Source: Candidatus Nanohalobium sp.
GTDB lineage: Archaea; Nanohalarchaeota; Nanosalinia; Nanosalinales; Nanosalinaceae
Reading direction: 5' to 3'
Assembly (NCBI GenBank): GCA_042216335.1
Contig: JBDGTY010000043.1
Location: forward strand, 246-35,991
DNA: 35,746 nucleotides
A model generated the notes under the pieces. The model searched no databases, was not told the origin of the DNA, and was given only the letters and a program-made list of their open reading frames with translations. How positions within the stretch are numbered: the stretch's first letter is position 1; each line of letters begins with the position of its first letter. The position numbers and the translations under genes were made by a program. This document shows, piece after piece, positions 1-8,850 of the stretch.

Positions 1-225
1 TCCAATATAGCCGTATCCACTACTACCAACACTACCGACCCACTCCCAACACGATTCCTTCGGGCAAATATTTACCTTCTCCCAAAAGTTGCCGAGGAAT
101 TTCGAGATGTAATCACTATCCGCTTGATTGAACATCTCGTGTATCGTAGTGGGGTCACGTCCTGCGGTTTTACCAGTTATGCTTGTAGGTAAGGGTTCTG
201 ACTGGTTAGTTGTTTTGCTTGGCAT
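1..225 (-). CDS. HNH-type endonuclease, N-terminal part (runs off the left edge; not in ORF track)
   Basis: ATG at 225 opens a frame to position 1: MPSKTTNQSEPLPTS...SKFLGNFWEKVNICPKESCWEWVGSVGSSGYGYIG. FWxKV...CWEWxG...GYG is the typical N-terminus of phage/intron HNH (HNH_3-type) endonucleases. Confidence 0.75.
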   Translation of the reverse strand, partial: MPSKTTNQSEPLPTSITGKTAGRDPTTIHEMFNQADSDYISKFLGNFWEKVNICPKESCWEWVGSVGSSGYGYIG

Positions 226-229
226 TGTA

Positions 230-1024
230 TCACGTTAGAGTGGTGTAATTACCACTATCGTCTTTTGCTACTATCTCGCCACTTGAACTGGAAGTAACAA
301 ACGGATTCTCACTACCATCAGCAACAGGCCACGATAATACGTTTGCAGTACCAGTGAATCTCGCTGATTCAGACATACGCAACTCCGCATTCGTCAGTAC
401 GAGCGTGCCGGGGGCGGAGGAGGAGGAGAGATACTTTACTGCATCAAAGACACCCGTAGCATCTCGGAGGACGAACTTTTGGTCAGACCAAGAATTAAGT
501 TGAACTACTCCTTGATAATCCGCCCCAAACACCATTCTACCCCCGCCATCATATATGTTTGTGGCATTTGTGTCGGGTATATTCAAACGCTTTTGCCCAC
601 TCCCATCCTCGATGGCCTGCCCCGTGGCGAGGCGGAGGTTGTTGCCGTCGCCGGTGAAGTCCAGGAATCCCTGTGTGGTGTCGGTTAGTGAGTTGCCTTG
701 TAGGTCGAAGTTTCCGGCGGCGGCTGTAGCCGTCTTTGCTTTTATGTCGCTGACTCCAGAGCTTTGAGGCTGCAGAATACTCCAGGCACCTGCCGCACTG
801 CTTGACAGTGCCAGTCCTCCTGCACCCAGGCCCAGCATCTTCATGAACTGTCTGCGGCTGAGTCCTTCCGAGTCTTCTTCGGTTTTTTCCTGCTGTTCTC
901 CATCTCCGAGGTGTCTCTCTACTTTGTCTTCCAGCTGCTGGTTTCTCTTCCTGAGCTGCCTGTTTTCTTCCTGGAGTTCGTCGACCTTTTCGGCCAGTTC
1001 CCCAACTTTTTCCTCTAGTTTCAT
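230..1024 (-). CDS. Membrane-anchored or exported protein: N-terminal coiled coil, internal twin-arginine-like motif, Gly/Asn/Thr/Asp-rich beta-type C-terminal region
   Basis: Heptad-like residues 1-38, then LSRRQFMKMLGLGAGGLALSSSAAGA (Tat-like motif plus hydrophobic segment), then a G/N/T/D-rich region resembling fibre or adhesin domains. Confidence 0.6.
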   Translation of the reverse strand: MKLEEKVGELAEKVDELQEENRQLRKRNQQLEDKVERHLGDGEQQEKTEEDSEGLSRRQFMKMLGLGAGGLALSSSAAGAWSILQPQSSGVSDIKAKTATAAAGNFDLQGNSLTDTTQGFLDFTGDGNNLRLATGQAIEDGSGQKRLNIPDTNATNIYDGGGRMVFGADYQGVVQLNSWSDQKFVLRDATGVFDAVKYLSSSSAPGTLVLTNAELRMSESARFTGTANVLSWPVADGSENPFVTSSSSGEIVAKDDSGNYTTLT

Positions 1025-1042
1025 TTTATCGTTTCTCCGTGT

Positions 1043-1300
1043 CTAGTCTTCGCGTACCATGTCTCTGTCCGCTGATCCGGGCAGATCAAGGTTTTCGTCT
1101 TCTGCATGTCGTTCAGGTACTTTGCGTGTCAGCTGAAGCCTTCCGCATTCCCTGCATTCGAATCCAACAGGTTTTTTGAGAGTGTTGCCCTGTTTCGGGT
1201 CGAGTTCGCCGTCTTCTACATCGTCTTCTTTATGCGTTACTGCCCATACTGCTGTGAAAAGCTGTGAGCCGCATTCACAGATGTCTGGATTGCTTGGCAT
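1043..1300 (-). CDS. Small Zn-ribbon hypothetical protein
   Basis: CECG ... CRECG pair; acidic composition; SD-like GAGGGTG just upstream. Confidence 0.65.
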   Translation of the reverse strand: MPSNPDICECGSQLFTAVWAVTHKEDDVEDGELDPKQGNTLKKPVGFECRECGRLQLTRKVPERHAEDENLDLPGSADRDMVRED

Positions 1301-1396
1301 CTAGCACACCCTCTTGGAAGCTTTTCTGGAGTTGAGTAATGGTTGTTTTAATGTTTTTCCGTTTCGAGCGGTTTCTGGAGAATCCTGCTGCTTCAT
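1301..1396 (-). CDS. Possible 31-aa peptide (MKQQDSPETARNGKTLKQPLLNSRKASKRVC)
   Basis: ATG at 1396; its TAG abuts the ATG of the Zn-ribbon gene; an AT-rich promoter-like stretch lies upstream. Confidence 0.3.
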   Translation of the reverse strand: MKQQDSPETARNGKTLKQPLLNSRKASKRVC

Positions 1397-1438
1397 GAGA
1401 AGTTTTTTGTTGTCTTGATGTTTAAGTTTTTGCCCTTT

Positions 1439-2002
1439 CTACCGCTGCTTGAGTTCACGGACTTTTTCCTGTATCCTCTGCTGGTAGACTGGCTCTCGAT
1501 CCTTCAGGTTGAGGAACCAGTAGGCCCAGATCGCGAGGACGAGGAATGTGAGGCTCCAGCTCCATAGTACGTCGTGTATTATATTGAAGCTGATTATGCC
1601 TTTTTCTGCCAGGAAGATCGTGGTGTAGACTCGTATTATGTTGGCGATCAGTATCACGGCGAATCCCTGGAGGATGAAGTTGAGGTGCTCCAGTGTTCTC
1701 TTCGATGATGCGTACATCAGTCCTGTGAAGGCTGCGAGGCTTTTCCATCCGAGGCAGTCCTGTGTTATGACGTACTGCATGCCTGAAAGAGTTATGTATG
1801 TGCCGTCGGCCGCGGATTGGAATCCCGTGGATTTCAGCATCGCCGAGATGATATCAGCCAAGAACGCCTGAAGAAGGTCAGTGTCGGGATAGATCCAGAG
1901 GATGCCGTGGAAGACTGCTCCAGCCAGCAGTAGCTTTCCGAGGAATACCAGTGTCTTGAACAGTTTCTGTTGAGTCTCCGTGAAGTCTTCCGTGTTTATC
2001 AT
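1439..2002 (-). CDS. Exosortase/archaeosortase family protein
   Basis: Multi-TM protein with the catalytic Cys (ITQDCLGW), Arg (ANIIRV) and His (IIHDV). Overlaps the upstream gene by 4 nt. Confidence 0.8.
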   Translation of the reverse strand: MINTEDFTETQQKLFKTLVFLGKLLLAGAVFHGILWIYPDTDLLQAFLADIISAMLKSTGFQSAADGTYITLSGMQYVITQDCLGWKSLAAFTGLMYASSKRTLEHLNFILQGFAVILIANIIRVYTTIFLAEKGIISFNIIHDVLWSWSLTFLVLAIWAYWFLNLKDREPVYQQRIQEKVRELKQR

Positions 2003-3009
2003 CGGGAATCCTGGTACTCTTTGATTATGGACTCGAAGTCGGTGCTGTCAGGGAGCTCATCGACCACGACGAAGTCCCTGAGTTCGACTCCTTCGACATC
2101 CTCTACATGGTGGATTTCGGCTCCCCGTTTTTGAAGCTTTTCAACCACCTCGTGATCCTTCGTCACCGCCTTCTCAGGAACCCTCTCGACCGAATCATCT
2201 ACCAGAGGCACGATATCATGGTCTTCCTCAAAGATTCGCCTCAACGCTTTCCTGTACTGCTGCTCCCTCACAGCAGCGTCCAGTATCTTTGATTCCAGGT
2301 CCTCGATCTCCCGGTTCTTGTCCCTTATAGTGGCCTCACGCTTCTTCACCTCACGTTCCTTCAATACCTCTTCACGGTCCGCCTCGTTGATCTCCTCTAT
2401 CTTATCCTCAAGAGACTCTATACGGGAGTTCTTCTGCCCGAGCTCTGACTTCAGCTCCTGGACATGTTGCTCGAGATTGTCGATCTTCTTCTCCAGTCTC
2501 TTCCTCTCGGCATCGACCCCCGAATCCTCAGTTTCGACACTTTCCTGTTTCCCGTCTCCCTCCTCAGTGTCTTCCTGACTCCTGACGGGTTCGTCCTTCA
2601 GAATCCTCTCCGCGATCTCATTCACCGGTTTATCAAGTTGCTCGTTGTATTTCCTGATCTTCCTGATGTCCCTCTGGAGCTGCCTCCGGGCGTTCACGGC
2701 AGAGGCCACCGCATCCAGTTCGTGAGAGTTCGCTCCCTTGCCCAGCTCCTTCTTCCTCTCGGAGGAAAGATCGCTCTCAGGCTCGAAGAGTCGGGCGCCG
2801 ACCGAGTTAGCAATCTTCTCCACCTTGCTCGGTGTCTTTCCCTTGTCGGATGCCACGACCACGGGTTTACCCACCTTAATTATTCTCTGGATGATGTCGC
2901 GGGGAGGAAAGTTCTTTCCAGACTCAAGGAGCTCTATTTCGCCGTCAAGGTCGACTGCCGCGACTGCAGAAGTGCTTCCCGGGTCGACGCCGACGATCAG
3001 CGGTTTCAT
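1999..3009 (-). CDS. DUF460 family protein (RNase H-like N-domain plus coiled coil)
   Basis: LIVGVDPGSTSAVAAVDLDG, GKPVVVASD and NSHELDAVASA motifs followed by a long coiled coil. ATGA overlap with hef. Confidence 0.85.
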   Translation of the reverse strand: MKPLIVGVDPGSTSAVAAVDLDGEIELLESGKNFPPRDIIQRIIKVGKPVVVASDKGKTPSKVEKIANSVGARLFEPESDLSSERKKELGKGANSHELDAVASAVNARRQLQRDIRKIRKYNEQLDKPVNEIAERILKDEPVRSQEDTEEGDGKQESVETEDSGVDAERKRLEKKIDNLEQHVQELKSELGQKNSRIESLEDKIEEINEADREEVLKEREVKKREATIRDKNREIEDLESKILDAAVREQQYRKALRRIFEEDHDIVPLVDDSVERVPEKAVTKDHEVVEKLQKRGAEIHHVEDVEGVELRDFVVVDELPDSTDFESIIKEYQDSR

Positions 3010-5174
3010 GAGTATTTCCTGGTTGCGTAGTCCACGATTTTGTCCGCGGTCTTCTCACCTACCCCCTCAACATCCTCCAGCTCCGAAGGGGAAGCCGTGA
3101 ATATATCTCTAACGGTTCCGAACTCCTCCAGCAGCCTCTCGGCGATCTTTGAGTTTATGTCCGGTATCCCGGCGACGATGAACTCCAGCGTTTCCTCATC
3201 AGTCATCCCAGATTTGGTGCCACGCACCTGAACCTCCCTATCCTCATCTTCCTGTTCTCGTCGAGCTAACGCTTTCAGCGTCTCAACTGTATCTTCCTCA
3301 TCATCTGTCCAGATGGTAGGTATCTGGTAGTCAAGCGCCAGGGATGAGATAGCTCCACGTATGGCGTTTGGGTCGATGTCTCTGTGAGTGTAGAGGTTCT
3401 CTCCCTCGATGATGATCACCGGGTTGTCGAACTGTGTCAGCTCTTGGAGCTGGTCGAATAATCTGTTGTCTATTATGGAGTCGACGAAGTCATCAGTCCT
3501 CTTCCTCTCAATCGCCGTCCTGTCCGAGACTATGAAGTCAGCCACGTCCAGCCTCTTCTTTTCGATCTTCAGGTCATCCCTCGAGAGCTCCTTCGCTATG
3601 CTGTTCTCCCTGTCGTCGACCACGATCTCGATCCTGTCATCTTCCTCTTCTTCTTTATTTTGTTTGTCTCCGTCTTTGACCTTGAAGCTCTCCAGCTTCT
3701 TCTGCTGCTTCTCCTGTATCTCGTCCGAGTTCTTCAGCTCCTTCAGCGTCTTCTTCATGTTCTTCTTCTTGTGGTGCGCGCTCCAGTAGTATCCCTCATC
3801 ACGTGTATCCTCAGCGATCAGTACTACAACTTCACCTTCTTCCTGCCTTCCTGTTCTACCTGCTCTCTGGATATCCCTGACTGCTGAGGGAACAGGCTCG
3901 TAGAAAACCACTTTGTCAACCGCTGGGATGTCGAGTCCTTCCTCACCGATCGACGTCGAGACGAGTACGTTGTGCTCACCGGAGTCGAACTCACCCAAGG
4001 TTTCGATCTGCTCCTTCTGACTCATGCCTTCATCTCCCTGCTGGCCGATGAACTTCACAGGATTCAAGCCTTCAGTCTCTAGCTCTTCCACTATTTTGTC
4101 GGCCGTGGCACGATACTCTGTGAAGACAATCGCCTTCTCATCGCCGGAGAGATCCGATAAAAGTTCACGGGTCTCGTCGATCTTCGGATGCTCCTCACCC
4201 TTCTTCCTCAGGTACTCTATCAGGCTCTTGGCCTTCTGGAAGTCCTCATCCTCCAGCGCCCGTCCTGCTGCCTTCGAATCATCGTTCTCCAGCCCTCTGA
4301 TGTAGTCGTAAGCCTGGCTCACTCCCTGTGTCTGAAGCAGTTCGATGGCCTGCGAGATTTTCAGCGCGGTCGCAACGTGTGATATGGCCGAGTAAAGCTT
4401 CGGATCATCGGTTGATGAAAGCTTGGAGCTTATCTGGCCGCGCAGCTTAAGCAGATCGGATTTCTGCTGGTTGACGGAGTCGATCTGATCCATCTTCTTC
4501 AGCTTCTTCAACTGAGTCCTCTTCGCATCCTCCATCTTCTTGTTCGCGGTCTGGAAACGGTTGTCCAGCGACACCCTTTTCCAGTCGACCTCCTTATCCT
4601 CGATATACGGCTCTACGTCCGGATCATCCTCGGTTCTAATCTCGAAGTTGGTTATCTCCAGGTTGTCGGCCACATTCATGATCTTCTCCTTTTCTCCTCC
4701 TGGAGAAGCCGTCAAGGCCAGTCTCTGGCACTGCATCTTCTCCGAGATAAAATTGTAGGCATAATCGCCTGTCGCTCTATGCGCTTCGTCGAATATGATG
4801 AGTGAGAAGTTCTCGGTCGGAATACTGCCGGAGATGAGGTCGTTTTCCACAATCTGTGGCGTGGCGAAGAATGCCTGTTTCTCCTGCCAGAGTTCCTCCC
4901 TTTTTGCGGGCCTGGTCTCGCCTGTCATCACCTGTAACTGGTCCTCGGAGATATCTATGAAGTCCCTGAAGCTTTTCTCGTGTTGCTGTACCAGTGGCTT
5001 GGTTGGTGCGAGGAAAAGTGTTTTTCCATCCGGCAGTTTCTGTGATGCTACCATCGCGGCGATGACTGTCTTTCCCAGGCCCGTTGGAAGAACGACGAGC
5101 GTGTTCTGGTCGCGTGCGGATGCGGCGATGACTTCCTGGTATGTCCTGGATTCGAGTTTTTCGGTCTTCAGCAC
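3006..5174 (-). CDS. hef: Hef: SF2 DEAH helicase fused to ERCC4 nuclease (FANCM/XPF homolog)
   Basis: LPTGLGKT, DEAH, LTASPG, QRAGRTGR; ERCC4 domain VDDRE...ERKRTDDF; C-terminal HhH2 (VEGVGEKTA). Confidence 0.95.
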   Translation of the reverse strand: MLKTEKLESRTYQEVIAASARDQNTLVVLPTGLGKTVIAAMVASQKLPDGKTLFLAPTKPLVQQHEKSFRDFIDISEDQLQVMTGETRPAKREELWQEKQAFFATPQIVENDLISGSIPTENFSLIIFDEAHRATGDYAYNFISEKMQCQRLALTASPGGEKEKIMNVADNLEITNFEIRTEDDPDVEPYIEDKEVDWKRVSLDNRFQTANKKMEDAKRTQLKKLKKMDQIDSVNQQKSDLLKLRGQISSKLSSTDDPKLYSAISHVATALKISQAIELLQTQGVSQAYDYIRGLENDDSKAAGRALEDEDFQKAKSLIEYLRKKGEEHPKIDETRELLSDLSGDEKAIVFTEYRATADKIVEELETEGLNPVKFIGQQGDEGMSQKEQIETLGEFDSGEHNVLVSTSIGEEGLDIPAVDKVVFYEPVPSAVRDIQRAGRTGRQEEGEVVVLIAEDTRDEGYYWSAHHKKKNMKKTLKELKNSDEIQEKQQKKLESFKVKDGDKQNKEEEEDDRIEIVVDDRENSIAKELSRDDLKIEKKRLDVADFIVSDRTAIERKRTDDFVDSIIDNRLFDQLQELTQFDNPVIIIEGENLYTHRDIDPNAIRGAISSLALDYQIPTIWTDDEEDTVETLKALARREQEDEDREVQVRGTKSGMTDEETLEFIVAGIPDINSKIAERLLEEFGTVRDIFTASPSELEDVEGVGEKTADKIVDYATRKYS

Positions 5175-5199
5175 GTTGAATTAATGTGTGGGAATCTTC

Positions 5200-5724
5200 T
5201 TAACGGTTCAAGTTTACGCCTCTGGCATCTCTCGGGACCTCCATCGCCTGGATCAGCTTGAAGACTACGTTGAACCCGATGAAGAACACGGCAGCACCTT
5301 TCAACGTGACCGTGTTGACCGGCATCGACGTCTTGATCATGATAACAGCGATATAGGCCAGTGAATAAACTATCCCGGAGGATGATACCACAAAGGCGAC
5401 TGTATCCGGCCATTTGTGGTTGAAGTCCATATACCCAACTAGACCACCAATTCCGACAAGTGCATAGGCCGCATATTTCTCCTGCTGTGTCATCTGGGTC
5501 GTCATCAGAAGCGTGATTCCCGTAGTGGCCCAGATTACCGCATTGCCGACAGACGTGTTCCACCCCAGCTCCTCCCTGCTGTATTTGCCGAAGTACAGCT
5601 CTATAACTATGGCGCCCAGCACTATTGGCAGTACAGTCGGCAGTATTTCCGGCTGGCGGAGAGGAGTGAACACGAAGGTCTCCACAGTCGATTTTATGGT
5701 TTCACCAGTAAGTGCTGTAGCCAT
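5200..5724 (-). CDS. Multi-pass membrane hypothetical protein
   Basis: About 5 hydrophobic segments; ELYFGKYSREELGWNTSVGN motif; 13 nt downstream of the ATPase stop. Confidence 0.75.
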   Translation of the reverse strand: MATALTGETIKSTVETFVFTPLRQPEILPTVLPIVLGAIVIELYFGKYSREELGWNTSVGNAVIWATTGITLLMTTQMTQQEKYAAYALVGIGGLVGYMDFNHKWPDTVAFVVSSSGIVYSLAYIAVIMIKTSMPVNTVTLKGAAVFFIGFNVVFKLIQAMEVPRDARGVNLNR

Positions 5725-5737
5725 ATCTTCCTATCAC

Positions 5738-8700
5738 CTAGTCGCTGAAGGCATCCGGTGTTCCACCGGCGTGCCAGCTTTTTCTCGGCCTCATCTGAAC
5801 GGGGAATATCCTCTCGGAGTTATCGTCCAGGATCAATCCCGTTCCTGTCCTGTCTGGAAGTGCATCGATGTAGTGCTGGATGTCGTGCCGCATATACGTC
5901 TGCATGATCTCACCCAGCGCATCTATATCCTGCTTTGCCGTCAAACGATGGGAAAGAACTATGTCGCACTGGGAAAGTGCGTTCGGATGGAGCTTGGCAG
6001 GCTGCTGCGTCGCAAGAACGAGCGAAACGCCCGGCTCCCTTCCTATCTTGACCCAGCGGAGCAGTGGATGTGTGGCCGGCGTTTCGCCCTCTGCCGGAAG
6101 GAACTGGTGGGCCTCGTCGATCATCATCCAGACTATAGGCATCTCGTTCGACGCGATCCCCTCCATCTCGTCCAGTTCCTCCACTCTTCGGGCCTCCATT
6201 CTCTGCCTGAGGATCCTCTTCGCCAAGAGTCCGACTACCAGTGAACGGATTGACCAGCCGGAGCTCATCTCGCCGAAGACCGAGACGTCGATGACCGAAA
6301 GCTCTCCTCTCTCTGTGAACTTCTCAAGCGAGGATTCTTCCCCGAAGATCCCCCAGTCCTTCGCGTTGCTCAAACGGTTTTCGAGGCCTTTCTCCACCTC
6401 TTCATCGAAGTCGAACTTCTCAGTACCTTTTATGACGTGATTCAGTGAGTAATCTACACCGAACCGGTCAGTCAGCTCCGTTATTATCTTGTCAAGCAGT
6501 ATACCCATCGTAGACGAAAGATCTATCTCCAGTGCCATGGCCCACTCCGAAGCCGTCAGCTCGCCCGGATTGATCGTGAAGGTGTCATCGTACGGCATCT
6601 CCTGCTCCTCGAACCTCTGGACCTTCCCCTCCGGGATGTAGACCTGAGGATCGAAGGTAGAGGGCTTGGTGCTCCACTCGTCGAGAAGTCCTGCCGCCCT
6701 ATCATTAGGATGCTTCATCGACCAGTAGATCCCCATGGAATCGATTATAATAGTCGAAGTGTTCTGGGAGATGTCAGAATCCTGTATCTCCTCCGCTATA
6801 GTGCCGAGAGAGTAGCTGTTGTGGCAGAGTATTCCTCCGAATCCTGCAGTAAACGAGTGATCTTCCTCGACTGTCAGGTCGTAGACCCATCCCTCATAAT
6901 TTATCTTTTCTATGTTTTTGACCTCATCCCAGTAAACGTCAGAGCTAGCCAGCTTATCAAGTTTCTCCAGCTTCTTTTCTGATTCAGATAGGTCGTGCTT
7001 TGCTTCGAAAAGCCTGAGAGCGATTTCGGAAAGCTTCTCCGGGTTTTCCTCATATTTCCTGTAGTTCAGGAATCTCTTGTCCGGCCGCGAGTATCCCAGT
7101 TCTTCATTCATCTCTTTCCAGAGGACGGCAGATTTATCGACAAGTTCTTCAACATTGTCTGTAGAGGGATTTTCCTCAACTTCTTCCCTGAGCTCCTTCA
7201 ATTCCGTGAGGAAGTTCCGAAGCTCTCCAGTTATCTCTGCCAGTTTCTGCCTGCCTGGATCGTATTCACCGTCTTCATAGGACTTCAGCGATTGCTTATA
7301 CTCCGCTACCTGGGTCCTGTCGGCTCCCATGAGCTCTCTGCATTCCTTGATCAGTTCACTGCATGGTACTGTATCGACATTAGTATTAGACTCCTTGATT
7401 ATATGCTCCAGTTTCTCCGATTTCCCCCCAATTGAGAAATCTATCCTCTCCTTGAACTTTCTGAGCTGGTCGCTGCCGGAAACTGTGACCTGGTAGTAGG
7501 TCCTGACTTTCTGCTCTTCAGTGTTGGAGGCATACTTCCGCTTCTCCGTCGTCCGCCCGATTATGCCGAACCTGAGAAGCATGTAGTTCACGGCTTCGGC
7601 TATCTCCTCACTAGCGGTAGAAAGCTCTATCTGCTGATCCGTGACGTTGCCCTCACAGTCATAGTAAATCTGGAGGAACCGGGAAACCACCTCATCGCTG
7701 GAGGAAAGAACGAAGTTCGGGATGCTTTTACCGAATGAGTTCTGTCCTGCATCGTAGCCATTCTGTTTCAGGAACTTCTCCAGAGCCCGCGAGTTGGAGT
7801 AGATAGAGTTCTGATCCATTTCCCTGAATTCCAGGTCGAAGAGTTCCTGGCCAAGTTCCTGGAAACGATCCAGGAAATTTTCGTTATTGTTTGTGAATAT
7901 TACTCTGTAGTTGCCTTCAGATATTTTCTGTTCGTGGCCTTCAGCTATCAGGAAGGCCATGAACTCTGCAAGCTCAGTTGTCACTTGTTCCGGAACTTTG
8001 ATCGGATCTGCTTTTCCTGTACTGTAGTGCTGTTCTGTTTCTCTCTGCCTCAATTCATATTCTACCTTCTCAGTTACCGAGACTGTATTCTCTTCAACCG
8101 AGACCAAGCCTTTACTTTCTGCTCTGTGAACCATTTTACGGAAAGAGCCGGTTCCATCGGACGCATCGGCGATAGTAATTTCTCCTTCCTCAAGAAGTTC
8201 CGACTCCCTCTGATTTAGACTTGAGTAGTCTGCTTTCTCGAAACTTTCCGGGAATTCAAGTTCAGAGTTCTCTGTAGAGATGTCGATTTTCCTGGGGACT
8301 CCTATCTTCACACCCTCTGAAAGGCTTTCGGCGTTCTCCCATCCTTCTACCGTGAAAAGCGGGTGCTCGGCTGTAACAGTTATCTCCCTTCCCGATCTGG
8401 TTTCTACCCGGTAGAGTTCTTCGTCAACCCTCTTTCTGTAAGCCGCGACCACCTCATTATCTGAAAGCTCGAAATCTTCCGCAACCGATAGTACTTCAGG
8501 ACCGTTAAACCGGTAAAGTTCCTCGTCTTCTTCCCTGATCTCCGCATCTCCCTTTTCTCTGGCTTCACCGAAAAGTTCTCTGATATCAGTTAAACCATCT
8601 TCAGTCAGTACTTTTTCATCCGGCATCAGGCACTTGCCCGTTCCTCTCTTCCCGAATATTCCCATGACGTGTGGCCGGGCGATGTCGAAGTATACCGGGT

Positions 8701-8815
8701 TGGCTTTGTGGGCTTCCTCGTTCTCACCTACAAGGTGTTTTCCGATCATCCCTGTTCCTTCCAGGCCGTGTTCCTCCTGGTCTTCCTCGTCCCTTCCGAC
8801 TACGATCTTCGGCAT
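5738..8815 (-). CDS. HerA/DUF87 (FtsK-HerA superfamily) ATPase, intein-containing
   Basis: Likely start MPKIVVG at 8815. Walker A GKRGTGK|S is split by an intein; Walker B WMMIDEAHQF; GREPGVSLVLATQQP. Mature protein is about 420 aa. Confidence 0.9.
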   Translation of the reverse strand: MPKIVVGRDEEDQEEHGLEGTGMIGKHLVGENEEAHKANPVYFDIARPHVMGIFGKRGTGKCLMPDEKVLTEDGLTDIRELFGEAREKGDAEIREEDEELYRFNGPEVLSVAEDFELSDNEVVAAYRKRVDEELYRVETRSGREITVTAEHPLFTVEGWENAESLSEGVKIGVPRKIDISTENSELEFPESFEKADYSSLNQRESELLEEGEITIADASDGTGSFRKMVHRAESKGLVSVEENTVSVTEKVEYELRQRETEQHYSTGKADPIKVPEQVTTELAEFMAFLIAEGHEQKISEGNYRVIFTNNNENFLDRFQELGQELFDLEFREMDQNSIYSNSRALEKFLKQNGYDAGQNSFGKSIPNFVLSSSDEVVSRFLQIYYDCEGNVTDQQIELSTASEEIAEAVNYMLLRFGIIGRTTEKRKYASNTEEQKVRTYYQVTVSGSDQLRKFKERIDFSIGGKSEKLEHIIKESNTNVDTVPCSELIKECRELMGADRTQVAEYKQSLKSYEDGEYDPGRQKLAEITGELRNFLTELKELREEVEENPSTDNVEELVDKSAVLWKEMNEELGYSRPDKRFLNYRKYEENPEKLSEIALRLFEAKHDLSESEKKLEKLDKLASSDVYWDEVKNIEKINYEGWVYDLTVEEDHSFTAGFGGILCHNSYSLGTIAEEIQDSDISQNTSTIIIDSMGIYWSMKHPNDRAAGLLDEWSTKPSTFDPQVYIPEGKVQRFEEQEMPYDDTFTINPGELTASEWAMALEIDLSSTMGILLDKIITELTDRFGVDYSLNHVIKGTEKFDFDEEVEKGLENRLSNAKDWGIFGEESSLEKFTERGELSVIDVSVFGEMSSGWSIRSLVVGLLAKRILRQRMEARRVEELDEMEGIASNEMPIVWMMIDEAHQFLPAEGETPATHPLLRWVKIGREPGVSLVLATQQPAKLHPNALSQCDIVLSHRLTAKQDIDALGEIMQTYMRHDIQHYIDALPDRTGTGLILDDNSERIFPVQMRPRKSWHAGGTPDAFSD
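6818..8632 (-). mobile_element. Intein (605 aa) with LAGLIDADG homing endonuclease and extra HTH-like insertions
   Basis: Begins CLMPDEKV; block B TAEHPLF; LAGLIDADG-like LAEFMAFLIAEG and FLQIYYDCEG; ends VYDLTVEEDHSF...ILCHN followed by Ser+1. Confidence 0.95.
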
Positions 8816-8850
8816 TGGTTCAAGCTTGGGCGCGGTCGGGTTTAAAGTTT

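Noticed and set aside
230-2002. The 264-aa protein as substrate of the neighbouring archaeosortase
   Set aside because: It lacks a C-terminal motif-TM-basic sorting signal.
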